A stretch of DNA of 63,227 bases, counting the filler, from Choristocarpus tenellus KU-1152 (Eukaryota > Protista > Phaeophyceae), in the NCBI GenBank assembly GCA_964200185.2. It is 14 parts of 14 records of this genome, joined end to end, with 100 filler letters (N's around TTAATTAATTAA, not from the genome) between each part and the next. Parts side by side here need not be neighbours in the genome. Positions count along the whole stretch, not along the records: positions 11,087 to 15,281 come from CAXNAD020015749.1; positions 15,382 to 20,138 come from CAXNAD020013171.1; positions 20,239 to 23,454 come from CAXNAD020021473.1; positions 23,555 to 27,975 come from CAXNAD020014624.1; 10 more parts are not named here. One strand, 5' to 3'. Position 1 is the first letter of the stretch, and every line of letters starts with the position of its first letter. The translations under genes were made by a program, and so were the position numbers. A model generated the notes under the pieces. The model saw only the letters and a list, made by a program, of their open reading frames with translations, did no database searches and had not been told where the DNA came from. Positions 12,982 through 26,364 of this stretch are shown piece by piece.

Positions 12982-13240
12982 GAGTGAAAGTATCTTAGAG
13001 GGTACAAGTTCTGCCCTGTTTGTCCATTTGGGGCTTGACTTCCCTCGGGGTTTTGATGACATTTCCTACTCCAAAATATTTCGGAGTAGGTAAAATGTAT
13101 ACGTTAAGAAAAGGTGTCTCTCCGGAACAAGGATATTGACACTTCCTAACAAACACGATAGTTAAAAATACATAAAAATCGCAACGTTGGGTTTTGGTCC
13201 CCAAATGGACGAGGCTCTACCCTCTAAGATACTTTGGCTC
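12982..13240 (-). mobile_element. MITE family A, complete copy (259 bp)
   Basis: TIRs GAGTGAAAGTATCTTAGAGGGTA...TACCCTCTAAGATACTTTGGCTC; no TSD visible (acaa / gcta). Confidence 0.93.
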
Positions 13241-13749
13241 GCTAATCCCTTGTTCCGGTGACTACAGAACGCACAGGCTACATTGAAGTGCGTCTAGCTG
13301 CGATGGAGGCCTGGCCTTACTCTTGGGATGTCCTGGGGTCTACCCCTCCGGAGTCCACGAGTTCATTCCCGTTGTTAGTTAGATCCCCTAGTGACTGATG
13401 GGTGGCCATCCTATATCTGCGGTGCAATGGGTAGGGTCCACTCGAAGAACTGCGAAAACGAATCCTCTATATTGTCGAGGCTAGTTGGTTTGTTGTTGAG
13501 TGAGTGAACAAGTGTGGGGTTTGTGGCAAATGTGGTTTGGGGAAAGTTTTTTGTTATGCACTATAATACAATTATTCAAAAAATCATGTTAGAATACATA
13601 AGATAAATATGCAAATTCGACGTTTTGACCCTGTTGTACTAATGAAGAAATAGAGGAGGGAGAGTTGTGCATGCATACGACCGTAACTCTCTATTTGTTC
13701 TAGTTCAACGCCGTCACAGACATACATGTAAATTTCAATATATTAGCGA

Positions 13750-14900
13750 AGACAGCAAAACTTCCCTTTTTAAATTTCGCATTTGATTCCTGAGGAAAAG
13801 GAACACTCGAACTAGCCTGTTCAGAACCCCAATATATATAATATCTTATACTTTCTTGATCAAGGGAGACTAGGTGCGTATCCCTTCTACAAGGACCGGA
13901 CTCGTCTGCCGCTATCCCCATGTCCTGTACATAACGCAAAACACTGGGCGTGTCGGAAGGGAAAAAGACGACAGGACTTCTTCTTCGTGCAAGGTGATCA
14001 GGTGCGTATGAATCAAGGATGATGTAACCCGACCGCGAAATGCCATCCTCTCTGGACCTGACTCGATGCGCAAAACATTTCCTCTCTCTCCTTCTGTCGG
14101 TTTCCCCTGTCCCATTTGCAACGCGCACACCCGATGCAGACATCACGCGATCAAAGGAGAGGCTTAGTCCAACCACCGAACGCTGCCATGCCTCCAAAGG
14201 GAACCAGAAGGTGAATCCCCTTACCAGAAATGTGCACCCTTTGTGCACCTCATTCAGGAGCGTTTCTGAATAACCAATATCGCAAACACCATAATGATTT
14301 AGCGCCTTTGCGGATTTTGCGATTTCGTCCGTTCACATAGCATGTATCAGCATGTGGGTGACATCATCTTGTACCCAAGCAGTTGTATGACCCCGCAGTC
14401 AAGACCCCTAACCCAACCATTGTCTCATAGCGTACTGTAGCCAACACGCCCATCCGGGGTCGAGTCTTCCTCGACAACGGGCCGTTCACGATATGTAACG
14501 TATTCCGCCAATCTCTATGTACGTGTTCCTCTCCATAAAGAGTTCCAAAATCTCTTGTACCCAGGTTTGGTGAAAGCACGAACATGCCCCTCGCATTAGG
14601 AATTATCTCGTTATTGCTTTCTTTTTATGTATGACCCAAATTCGGGTTAGGGCGTAGATGGCATTGCTGTCCACCACGCTACATCAATTCACACGAGATC
14701 ACCCGTACAAACAGACACCACACAGACACGCTCCTAATTACATTACCTCCCGCACAATACTGTGCAAAGTGGCAGCGATTCATACCCCATTGCGTTATGT
14801 AGAAACGTTTTCAGGTCTACGACCATATCAATTTCGACCACCACTGCTATGTTGCCACCTGTGTAAACATCTTTCGGAAGCTCCAGATACAATTCCGAGT
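13750..14900 (-). pseudogene. Decayed PIF/Harbinger (DDE_Tnp_4-like) transposase
   Basis: Ordered motifs across frameshifts: WC...SR..DVAWWTAM..PEF; RPR...GLGVL; SVVGLSLSFD...RVANGTG; GYIILDSYAP; F.SDTPSVLR...MGIAA...PCRR; IIYI.VLNR...RNQMR; these follow the fungal/stramenopile Harbinger transposase layout; coordinates approximate. Confidence 0.55.
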
Positions 14901-15381
14901 GAAAGCAATTTCGCGTCAAAATCGGCGTAACCCCTATGCACGCTGGTCTGTCTATCCCGCAGTATATAGCACAGGTCTGTCGATACTGGTGATAATTTTT
15001 TTGTGTACAATAAGACGCCTCCATGCCATGGTGGTTTGAAATCCAGGGAGCAAATGCTCACGTTAGGCCAAGATTGGTGACGTGTGCAGTGTTGAAGAGT
15101 ATCCATCCCTCATTGCGCTTTTCTCGGTCGTGAACATAACCACACATCTCTACACATGTTTATGTGTTCATTTGCATTCGGAGTTTGTATGAAGTACCTG
15201 TCAATAGTGGTGTCACCAACGTTTTCAAATCCAATGTCCCTGTATTTATCACCATTAGAACCGTGCACACACCAGCTGTCANNNNNNNNNNNNNNNNNNN
15301 NNNNNNNNNNNNNNNNNNNNNNNNNTTAATTAATTAANNNNNNNNNNNNNNNNNNNNNNNNNNNNNNNNNNNNNNNNNNNN

Positions 15382-15618
15382 CAACGTACTGTACTGCTGT
15401 ATGGTAGCATGGCTCAGGAAGAAGGGCACTTTTCGCGACAATTTTTTTCGCGCGCGCCAAACTCGCGTGATTATCTCTGGGATTTTGTGCGAAATCGCTC
15501 GAATACGAGAATTCCGGTACAAAAGCCATTTTTTTGAGCATGTCGAAAAAAGCGGTACAAACTTGCATATTTTTCGATTTGGTTCATAATATTTGGCCCA
15601 AAATAGGGGCACCTACTG
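15382..15618. mobile_element. Terminal part of a Tc1/mariner-pogo-like element
   Basis: Ends ggggcacctaCTG|TA, the same terminus as 11423; CpG-rich interior suggests a younger copy. Confidence 0.6.
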
Positions 15619-15939
15619 TATATTTCTCAAATTAGCTGTTGAATTGGAAGGAATCGGTACGTTTTTAACAGTATTAGGTACAACATCTAATTATTACTGG
15701 ATAAAGAACTATTCAACAGTGATATGGATTAGTCTAGAATTTAGACACTACTAGAAACCTTGATTTGGACCATTTTCTCCCCTCTCTCTTGATGAAATTA
15801 TTGGAAATGTCTCGTATTCCTGTATGTTTTATATATCACTATAATACTACTACTATTAATTTTCACACATTTTTTAAATATACATGAAGGATAGTAGGGA
15901 TAATATATTTATTAGTTTGTCATTTATATGTCAGTGAAA

Positions 15940-16280
15940 TACAAAAAAAAATGCTTCAAACACTAACACTAAGAGTACACTCTTCTGAATATAAGAGTTG
16001 AAACATTGGGTTGGAATATAATTGGAATATATTGTACAGTTATGAATTTAATGTAATAGTTTGTAATATAGGTGATGTTCTTGGAACTATTTGCTCCTCT
16101 TTTTGACTGGTAAGAATTGGGACTTTGCAAGTTTGTTTTATGTACACAATGTAGTTCAATAAATTTATTGATATGTTATTCGTTTCATTATTGTTTCACC
16201 GCTTGAGATTGACACCAAGAAATTCTTCTATTAATCTGTTACAACGATTCAACGTCCATTCAGCCGTTCAACCCACCCTT
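15940..16280 (-). pseudogene. Possible Polinton/Ginger-type integrase C-terminal relic
   Basis: VERLN...RLIEEFL..N.KR(W)...N...; KF..V...I....LIFRRVYS, reminiscent of VER.NRTL...RW...YN and KF..GD.V.I...F.KGY...WS; AT-rich and very decayed. Confidence 0.25.
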
Positions 16281-16819
16281 TCAATGAAAGATTGTTCGTG
16301 CATGCGGAGTAATCGGTGTGCCACACCAGAGATTCGTTGAGGGCGTAGTGTTGGCCTTCTAATTTTGTGATGCTGTAGTTGGGGGGTAAGGATTGGGTAA
16401 AGGTGTGCTGTTGTTTAACTGTTTATCTGTTCGCGTGGTTGACAGTAACAGGGGTACCCGTTTTTCTCGGAGTTGTTGACAATAGACCCTGCCCTCTCAT
16501 CTGTCTGTCAGGTGGTGCACGGGCAACCACACCCCTACCCAACTTTGGATCGTAGCATAGGAAAACCTCGAATCGACTGGACCTTTGCGGTGCAGTTTTT
16601 CTCTGTATCACACAGCCACATCGTTGTGCAGCTTCCTTGAAGGAGAAACTCTCAGTCACGCCTAGGTACAAAATCGTTGAGTGGAAGTTTATTCCTTCTG
16701 AAGGACAGCAGGAATTCGGGCACAAGAGTTATTGTTGATGGGGACAACAATCCTTCAGATGGGCAGGTTGCGTTCAGCGGTGTGGAGTCCTTCATCTTCA
16801 TCTTCGAATGTGTTTCGAG

Positions 16820-18090
16820 CAGGATTATTTCTGGCGCACCTCCCTCTCGGCGTAGCCTGGGAAGAACAATACACTGGAGGTACTGGGGCAACTAGAGTTT
16901 CACGCATCCTGGACGAGGTTGGACCACATGAAAAGGTGTACAACCAAATCGAGGTATGCACTATAATAAGCTTTGTTTTTTGCGTAAAGTGGTGTATAGA
17001 ACCTGTTCATTCTCAGGAGTCGGAGCGAATATGGGACAGATCGTGTCACATGCGATTCCTTGTCAATATGTCTCTATTGACTCCTGGTCGCCTGATTTGG
17101 CATGGTACGTGCTAGGAAAGACCATCAGCAGCATCTCATATTCATCTGATCCGAGCTCGAGACATTGCCTACATCGTTGTCCTGACCCAATTAATCAATG
17201 TACTGGCAGCAGTAGAGACCAGTATTTCTCTCACATACATGATGCAAACAGAAAGCTCTCGATCTTTGTTCAGACCGCCATGTCCTTGAGTATCACTTCC
17301 TATCGAGCTAAAACACTTGGCTACCAACCCTGCATAATATATCTCCCAAACATACGGGGGGATTTGAGAGCAGAGCTCAATCTAAATAAAAGTTCATATC
17401 AAGAAGGTTCTCATACGTCCACTCCTACTGTACTGTAATTCTCGCCACAACATTAGTTCTTCTTGGCGTGGGACATTTTCAATGCACCTAAAGATGAGGG
17501 CTAAGAGTGCTACCAATGAAACGCGAGGAATATCCTCACTCGCAGTGATTGCTCTTTGAGTTCCACCCTCGGCGACATTTGCGCACAGCAAGGCAAAATC
17601 AAAAACACATATCTTGTTCGACCCCTTTTCACACTTGCCAATAGTTTGCCTCTCGTCCCGTCTTTACGAACTCAACTTGCAGGGTGCGTAGCGGCTCGGT
17701 AGTGTAGCAACCCCTGTAGTCCTACTATGCGGGAGAGAAGATAAGAGATGCTTAGCAAATGGAGACCCCCCCCCCCAAATAGTTCAAGCATGTTTTCAAC
17801 GATTTGTTGAATGGTGACAGATCCCTGACCATCGCAATTGGACTCTACCTGTTCTGCCCAAGGGAACAACACCAACCCATAAAATATACTCACGGCGTAG
17901 TTCCTTTAAGTTTTATAGGAGCAATAACCAAACTCAAAATTCTGACACCTTCTGAGGAACACTTGAAGTGAAAGGTTTGGCCAATGAACCCTAACTGATT
18001 GGTAGTATCACTATTCCTCTGACTGCAAAACATGCAAATATCCCCTTCTTGGAATTTTTCTTCGCACAATTTCTCTATGTATGTAGTAAT
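16820..18090 (-). pseudogene. Decayed DDE transposase, Transib/RAG1/Chapaev-like motif order
   Basis: HFKCSSEG..SLVIAPIKL; LVLFPWAE; ELFGGG.LHLL..IVGLQG(C)YTTEP; IPRVSLVALLALIFRCIE; AYLDLVVHLF; YCSSQAT. These appear in the order expected for DG / PL.L..E / GD.K..GL..CxxC / LH..R / YH..H / S.Q..E. Confidence 0.4.
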
Positions 18091-20119
18091 AGTAGTATCT
18101 ATAGTAGTACTCCTATCTCGACCTGCATCTCCACCTGAGACCACTGACTATTTTTCTTTCTCCTTTTTTGCTTTGCTGACTTATCCCAATGTTTCAAACC
18201 AGCCGTTTCTCGCGGCTGTCCTTGCAGGGATCACAGTGCTCATTGTCCTTGGTTTCTTTGTGCACCATATTTGTAGCGGGGGTGTCAGGCCTTTGGAGGA
18301 AGGGGATGAGGTGAGGACTCCATTTTTTTGTACTGAAAAAGGATTATTTAACCAAACAGGGCTTGTGTATGTCTACTTACCGCACTTTATATCTCTTTTC
18401 GTGTGCTTAAGTTTGCAGCTTTACCTTTTATGGGCCCACCATCTTGGGCATAGTGATGGATGGATGCACTGGCCTGAGTGTAACACGAGACAATGCAGAT
18501 GTGGAGAGTTGAACACGAGATTTGATCTTGTATAAGTACTTGGCCCTAGCAGAAGCTGTGTTCAGTTGAAAAGAATTACGTTTGGAAGCATACCAGGTCA
18601 TCCTACCTAGGAGGGGTGTTAATTCATGGTTTTCGGAGTATTTTGGGCTTTTAAAACCTCCCGTAAAAATCACATTCGGTGCCTCAAATGTAACTAATAG
18701 CCCTTTAAAAGACTGACTGTGGAAGAGAAGGCAAGTGTTTGTCAATATTTTATTTGAGGTTGCCTCTCAGATGTTTTACAAGCACATGTACCAGAAGAGA
18801 GTCACAAGAGGTCCAAGTGCTAAATGACACCCCCCTCTAAGATGGAGTAGTTCACGGTCGCGACCTCTTGCTGCCCCCTGATACTGCTCTAAACCTCACA
18901 TCCCTTGATCTGTCTTGCTACTCAGTTGTCCCCGTAAGGCCTACACATGTCTCCTACAATTGCTCAAAACCCTTGTATTCTGCATTGCGGTTGTCATTAG
19001 TTCTGATCCCTTGAGAGCAACACCTTCACACCTCCACTAGTAATATCTATTGTCTTACTCCAACATTATCACAGCCTTGCTCTGTATCTTCCATTGGTGC
19101 TTGATATGCCCCTGACTTTTATTTGAGACCCTCTTCTACACCCTATCTTCCCTATAAATGCTATCCTCTTCAGCAATACAGTAGGCCCTAGGGTCATGAT
19201 CAATAGTAACATTATTGAGGTGTACATTGTGGGTACAGCAGAGAAAACAACGTTTGCATTCTATGTACTACTACTTCCAACAATGATCAAATAGAAAACC
19301 CTCCACTATGCAATTTCCCTTAAAGATGATAGTACTAGGTGTACAATCAGGCACAAGTCATTGGGGCACACCCATACACACCCCTAACGTGTCCATATCA
19401 AAAAAAGCACACCCTCTCTTATTTGCCTGACACACACAATATATATATATATATAATATAGTCTCCTTAGCACTGCCTGTGCTTTTACCAATGATGCATC
19501 CTGTGTGTTGACTATCAAGCTTTATCGCTCCAGTGCCCTCTTAGCTAAGAGTAATGCCTGGGAAATCCAGCTCCATATCAAGTGTTTATTTTGATCCAAG
19601 CAACACTAATGCCAAAAAATCTGGCAAGTGTCACCCCAAGATGATACTTACCAATAGTCCCTGCAGTGAATCCTTATTCGTTTATAGTGATAGTGATGTC
19701 AGCTGCAACGGATGGGGAATCAGATAACTAAAGACAGGGCAAGACAAACATGTTACACTATCTCAACATTTTTTTTATTTGGGAGACTACTATTCTTCAT
19801 GCCAGTGGAATTACTTCTTTTTTTTAATCTCTACCATCCCTCGCTCAATTTTTTTGCCACTACAACATAACACCTCCTCTAATCTACCAATCAACCGCTC
19901 CCCCCTTGCCCCACGTCTGACAAGAGAAACAATCCTGAGTTGACTGAAGTATGGATTGTTCTTACAGTATCATTTCTTCCTTTACGTACGTTCATCACGT
20001 AGCCGTTCCTTTTTCTTTTTTTTCTGTTTAGGGTCGGCGGCTCCTGCATCCCTTTTTTTTTCTTTTACCCCCCTTGTCGTTTACTTTTCTCACCCTTCCT
20101 CTGCGCAAGTGCATTTCTA

Positions 20120-20138
20120 GGGTCAAAGTATCTTGGGG
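20120..20138 (+). mobile_element. MITE family B-type terminus at contig end (also at 27953-27975, 39191-39242, 45722-45762, 49842-49911, 54913-54940 reversed, about 63209-63227)
   Basis: G(G/A)(G/C)(T/C)CAAAGTATCT followed by a G-run, the same terminus as complete copies 2835-3016 and 62035-62217. Confidence 0.85.
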
Positions 20139-23100
20139 NNNNNNNNNNNNNNNNNNNNNNNNNNNNNNNNNNNNNNNNNNNNTTAATTAATTAANNNNNN
20201 NNNNNNNNNNNNNNNNNNNNNNNNNNNNNNNNNNNNNNCTTCATTAAAGCACCATCCAAAAGCCGCGGGTCCAGTGTGGGATAATTCAACATTACGTTCT
20301 AGTAAATCAAAACAATCTGCACTTGCTCAGAGTGATACTTTGTGCCACTGTTTAGGGGTAGCACATTTTGACACTATGAGACATGCGCAGCAAGATTACT
20401 GTTCTTTTGAAACGACTTAAGCAGATGCCATGCATGTGGCATGTCAGGAAACCAACCAATAATTTTTTAGTTCCTATTGGTCGATCGGTGTTGATCATTT
20501 TGGTGAGGCGATGAATGCCAGGCGGAAGTTAGGGCATTTCATGAGCACTTTTGTTTGTGGGATCTCCATCCATATTATATTCGTAGATGGTGCTGCCGAT
20601 ACACGTAGACACCACCGGTGGATTAGATGATAGGATAGAAAGCCAGTGACAGATTTATATTAAGTACTGACTCATATTGTTATTGGTTTTATATCACGTT
20701 CAAGATACACTTCCTATAGTTAAGACAATTAAACAAGCGATTCATATTAAATTAGTGTGGGCGATTACAAACGCCACACTGTAGAATAATAATATGGTAG
20801 TTTAGGCTAGTCTCATCCACATGCTCTGTCAGTCGAATGAACACCACAAAGGCCCTTGTAAAACTAACATTATTTATCTATATCAAGCTGTTATTTGTCC
20901 TTCTTCAAGCACCATAAAAGCCGCGGGTCCAGTGTGGGATATTCCGATCATTCAATTGAAATGCATCAGAACGCTTAAACGACGTACATGCTGTATAAGG
21001 GTTGTTCTACCATAGTGACTAATGAGGTAGTTGCATTGAAGATATATGTAGCCAACTCATTATAATCAGATTTCTTGAAAGTTGGTTGTCAAGTACTCGG
21101 AGTAAAATGAAATTCATTGGTGGAACATTTCTTTCTAAGGAACTAGAACTAAGTAGTATATGTTGTATGTGACATCTGAGTTTCTTGTGACTCAATCAAT
21201 TGGTCAGAGGGCTTATGAACAAAAATAACAACCATGGCAATAGTTCACTTCCCACCCTTGAGAAAATACCCCACCCCAACCTTCAACGTTCGAGCTATTA
21301 CCTTTCCTATCAATAACACATCACAATGCCACTTTATCGGAAAACACCTACAACCACATCAAATGCTGATGCCCAACCACTCCAAATGTTTGCAATGAGA
21401 AACAATCATGACGTAATGATTTTTATATTTCTTTATTACGTACCTTTGGCATCGATCTTCATCTGAAGTACTACCTACTGGAAGGAACAGTGCAGTGCAG
21501 TTACACTTCAGGAATATGCTAAGCTACACGATGATATGATAATGTTCCTTCACAACATACCACCTCTGTAATCCTCATCAACACCAGTATGACCATCACT
21601 ACCATCATTCTTGGAGCAACCAAAAAACACACTCGAAACATGGTACAAGCGACTATCCACATCCTTCCCATCCACATCGTTGATACTTTGTTGCTCAAGC
21701 TACCGAGTGGGAGAATGTTTGGCCTCCTATGCAAAAAATTCTCATCGTGTTGATCTTTCTCCACAGCAGGGCAATGCTTCGCCTTTGCAAATGGCTCTTT
21801 GACAGTTGTCGATCCTTCCCACAGTCAGAGGATGCTTCGCCTTCTTTGCAGATACACCACACTTTTGTGAAGTATTCTAGTCTTTACTCTTGGTAGGATG
21901 AAGAAGTGGTATTTCTGTTATCGATATGTTTGTCTCTTGCTGTAGAAATTGTATATTTTATATTGTTCGGTGAAACTGATGTGTCATAAACATTGTTGCC
22001 TCCCCTCTTACCCTCGCTCTTAAAATACTTTCATCTCGACATCGACCACTGATCTCTCATTGCCGCTTTGGGAGATAGACAATAAGGGTCAACCTGCTCC
22101 TGGTCGTCCATGTGCAATTAAACTTGGGAGGTATTTCTATTTGGTCAGAAGTGAAGATAAGACAGTGTAGAGCCTCAACTACCCCCTTTGCTGAACGTGA
22201 AAAGAATGGATGGATGAACTTAGAAGAGTGACCTTGTGGGGTGCCTTATTATTTGTGTCTCATACGTAAGTCACCGGCTATGTAGGTGTAGGTAAATTAT
22301 AATACCGAACTCCATATATAATCTAGATGTTCTCTCTCTTTAGTTACATCACATGGACTCACTCCCATGTTATAATCTCTCATACACAAAATAGGGTACA
22401 CACTACAATTCTCCTATTTTCAAACTCCCCCATGAGAGAGGAAGTAAAAGGACACCCATTGCTTGAACTCTCACACTCGACGTTCATCTTATCAACTCCG
22501 CAAAGAACACAGGTTGCTTCAAGTCTCAAACACAATATTAATCTTATAATTACAGTGTCTTAGTGTAGTGAATAGGGTGGTATGGGTGAAGGGTGTGTTT
22601 GAGAGGATTCGCAGGGGTAGCGTATGAGGTTAACCCGCTTGGTGTGTCCCAGTGTGTCCATATGTGTGACCTGTTTTGAAGCTCCCTATTCCGAGGAACG
22701 TTGATGGACGTGTAAACAGCTGAAAGTGTATGTCTTCTCGACGGTTTTCCTCAATAAATGTGAATGTATCCGATGCAGAACGTGGGGTGTTTTATCCATC
22801 ACTAATCCTCCTGTTTGGATATATATCTACGTACATTTCATCTTCACTTGTTCGACCTTACTACTCTGCCTTGACAGGCAGGTCCATTTTAGGGTTGCCA
22901 CCATTTTGTCGTTCGAGGAAGCTGGTGGTGTAGCGTCTTGTTCGTTGTATTCTTCACATGTCGGGCGTTCAACACTGCATATTGGACATTATTGGTGGGT
23001 AGAAGAGTAGGTTAAGGTTACACTGCTTTGTTGTGGCGTTGGATGGTGTCGCGTGTTTTCCTTGCGGGCTTATGTTTGTAATTGTAAGGGTCTCTCTGTC

Positions 23101-23603
23101 CAAACGCTATTCGAACTTGCATATTGCTTTATTGATTGTAGACAAAATGATACTGAAATGTTCTCCATATTTTCGCAGATCTTTCATTGATGCGGTGGTA
23201 GCAAAATAATCTACTACGACGCGAAATCTGCATTCACATTGATCACAAATATTATACGAGTTGTGGGATCCGATTTTTTGTCCTCTCTTCTCAGAATATA
23301 TTTTAGTTGATAAGAAGTATACAGAATCGCAGGAACCATAATATATCATTCTTGTCTATCCAATGAAACACGCTTATTTTTGCTAGTAGATATGTGAGAT
23401 CAGGCACGTACGAAAAATATGATAATATTCAAAATGATTCGGTTGGTTGAGATANNNNNNNNNNNNNNNNNNNNNNNNNNNNNNNNNNNNNNNNNNNNTT
23501 AATTAATTAANNNNNNNNNNNNNNNNNNNNNNNNNNNNNNNNNNNNNNNNNNNNTTGTATTGTTTTGGGGGGTGGGTTTTTTTGTGGGGAAAGGGAATGG
23601 TGT

Positions 23604-23634
<31 letters not shown>

Positions 23635-24229
23635 ACTGAGACTTTTGGGTTGATATGCATAGAAAGAGCACTGAATGAGAATGATCTCTCTCTCTCCCTC
23701 GCCCCCTCTCTCTCTGTACCCCTCCTAAGTATTACAGTCTTCAACAATGGTTAGGTATATGAACAGGGGGTAGATTACTAATAGTGATTGCCACTTGCCT
23801 GGGTAAGCTGCTTCACAAATTCATGTGTACAATAGAGATGAAGGTATCATATTGTAGCCCTTGTTAGAAGTGTACGGGGATTGGATATGAGATGGTTTCA
23901 GGGTGATACGCATTGCGTGAACTTCCAAGCTAGGGACTGCTGGTCAGTTTGAAAGGATGTTTTATCCCCTCCGTTAATTGGTGTGAGGAAGTTATTTTGA
24001 TTATGCAGTAGATAGCAATGAGGGAGAAGGGAAGGGTGGAGGAGAATTATTATTATTATTTTGGGAAAAGGAAGGGGTCCTATTTTTTTGTCGTTTTTGC
24101 CCTTGTTCTTCCCCTCCCCTCCCCTCCCTTCCATTTCTTTGCCCGGTTGTATTTTGATTTTGATACATAATTCATCCCCTTTTTTGTTTACGCACTGTTT
24201 TGGTGCATGCCTATAATTTATGCTAGCAG

Positions 24230-24347
24230 GGGTTCGCGCCGCTTGCTTGGGGGTCTGCCACCCACTCTGTTGATCCACGCAGAGCATGAGGTGCTTCTTG
24301 ATGAAATCCAAGAGTTTGGGCACAAGGTCAACTCTGCCGGAGTGCAG
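24230..24347 (+). CDS. Internal exon of an alpha/beta hydrolase (HSL / Abhydrolase_3 family esterase)
   Basis: tagcag|GSRRLLGGLPPTLLIHAEHEVLLDEIQEFGHKVNSAGVQ|gtatga; matches L.GLPP.L...G..EVL.D....F...AGV.V around the catalytic acid. Confidence 0.82.
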
Positions 24348-24499
24348 GTATGAACATGAGAATGTGAGGTATTTGTATCAGAGGCAGAAAGAAAAAGGTT
24401 TGGCAGTTGCTGCCAGGGCAAAGTGCTGCTCTTACCTCTATATGTGCTTCAAATGATTTTTTTTCTTCCTGGGTACCTTCACGAGGAAAAATCTGTAAT

Positions 24500-25450
24500 A
24501 TATGTAGAATGCAATAATCTTATTTTCTGGTCAGTATTTGCACCAAGGTGTGCAAATGAAAAACCGTTGCCTGACGCAGCTCTTTTTCTTGACTTCCAAA
24601 CCCTACTCGGTTCGTGGTCTGCCCAAGTTGCCTAACAATTCATACCTTGCCACAAGTGCTCTCTATGACCAGTCCTGAGTGTTTTTTGAGAAGGTTGAGG
24701 CGCAGCCACCTTTGCATATTCATGGCGGACAGTCAATATGCTTACAGACAATAACATGTCCACCTTATAATGTGCATTGTAACTCCCATTAGCAGTAACG
24801 TTCCCTTATCCTCATGACTTTCAAGGTGGAGGAGTTCCAGTTGCCACGCACGTTCCATGGCACCTTTGCCAAGCCTTTGGCTGGCGGTAAACAGTCCCTT
24901 GAGGAGACTGCATGGTTCCTCCAAAGGATGTGCTAAGGCAAAAATGGTTTGGCAGCCAAATATAGTAACAGCAACTTTTGTGAGACAGACGACTGGTGCT
25001 TTTTTTACAACCTTGCAAAATGAGATTTGCGACCTTTTTGCATAGAAGCCGTAGAGGGTAAAAGTCTGGTCAGCTTGTGTTTTTTGCTTCCATGTAGTGT
25101 CTGCCATTGGGGTATTTTTGTCTTGGCTAGATTGATACTACTGGTATATGGATTTCGTTTTTAATGGTTAATTGCTCTTACTCCCAGAGCTTGCCCGCCT
25201 GCCTGTTAGCTCCCCTGTCAATAATACACATTTTCTATCTGCTCACTTGTTTTCCACATTTATTGGACATTGGTAGTTGCCTTGCTCATTGTGGTTGGCG
25301 ATTTTTATCATTCATACTCTTGCCATTGGTCAGACACCCACCACACTGTCTACAACTCAGTATTCTTACCTCAGCACTCAGGACACAATATACAGGTGTA
25401 ATTCCAGGGAATTGTGTATTTGCTGTTAACTCATCATTCCTTACATGATC
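24500..25450 (-). pseudogene. Decayed pogo/Tigger (DDE_1) transposase in an intron of the esterase gene
   Basis: Motif order: W..W...TT..Q (CENP-B HTH end); NTPMADTTW..K...LYG.YAKR; GTVYRQPKAW; LLLM(D>G)SYNAH; IL....KV..QP; RVW....GNGF; coordinates approximate. Confidence 0.6.
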
Positions 25451-26102
25451 TCTTTATTCACAAGGCAAGTACTTTGTAGGAGATTCGATTTACTTACGGA
25501 GCGTAGGAGGACTGTGTCTCACACGAGACATAACACTTTGTACATCTGTTGCTGATAGCTGTCTTCATTGAGCCTTGATAGGACATGGGGTAAGAAGGAA
25601 AGCAGGCAAGAAGCAGTTGGACTGGATACTGTGGATATGCGTGCTGCTGAAGTTTATTTACATTGTCAGAACTTATGGTCAACTTGAGCATCACTGTTCA
25701 TCAGTGCCTTTACATGAATACCAGCAAGTAGTAATGGTGCAAAATGTTTCAAACGGCCTCAGGGACAGATGCCTGCAGTAACACTCTGCCTTGCCTTCTG
25801 TAGTAGCCCAGTTGACCTGATTTGCTCTGATACTGTTCAGTGTTCCTTAAAGCCCACAGAGTGGGACTTGATGTTCTTCTGGTGGGATAACATGTAGATG
25901 GTTTTCTGGGCAAGACTTCCACCCCATTTTTTTCCCTTGCTTCTCTCAGGTGCCACAACTGGGATCAGTGTCAGAAGAGGCTACAGAGTTCATTGGTATG
26001 ATGCAATCTCAAAAAAAAAATTCCCCGTCTCACTGTAGGTGACTCATGTGTTCCAGGAGGATTGTTTGTACTTTCCTGGAAGTACTTGCGACTAGGAAAG
26101 AA

Positions 26103-26364
26103 GAGTCAAAGTATCTTAGAGGGTAGAGCCGTGTCCATATGGGGGCCAAAACCCAATGTTGCGATTTTGATGTAAATTTGACTATCATGTTTGTTAGGAA
26201 GTGCCATTATCTCTATGTTTCGGACACACCTTTTCATAACGTACACATTTTACCTACTCCGAAATATTTTGGAGCAGGAAAATGTCATAAAAAACTCCAT
26301 GGGAAGCCAAGCCCTAAACGGACAAACAGGAGCAAAACTCGTACCGTCTAAGATACTTTCACTC
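26103..26364 (+). mobile_element. MITE family A, complete copy (262 bp)
   Basis: GAGTCAAAGTATCTTAGAGGGTAG...CTAAGATACTTTCACTC with 4-bp TSD AGAA (26099-102, 26365-68). Confidence 0.95.

Noticed and set aside
20250-20945. About 40-bp direct repeat (aaaagccgcgggtccagtgtgggata) as an LTR pair
   Set aside because: No TG..CA ends, TSD or internal retroelement signal; likely fragments of a dispersed repeat
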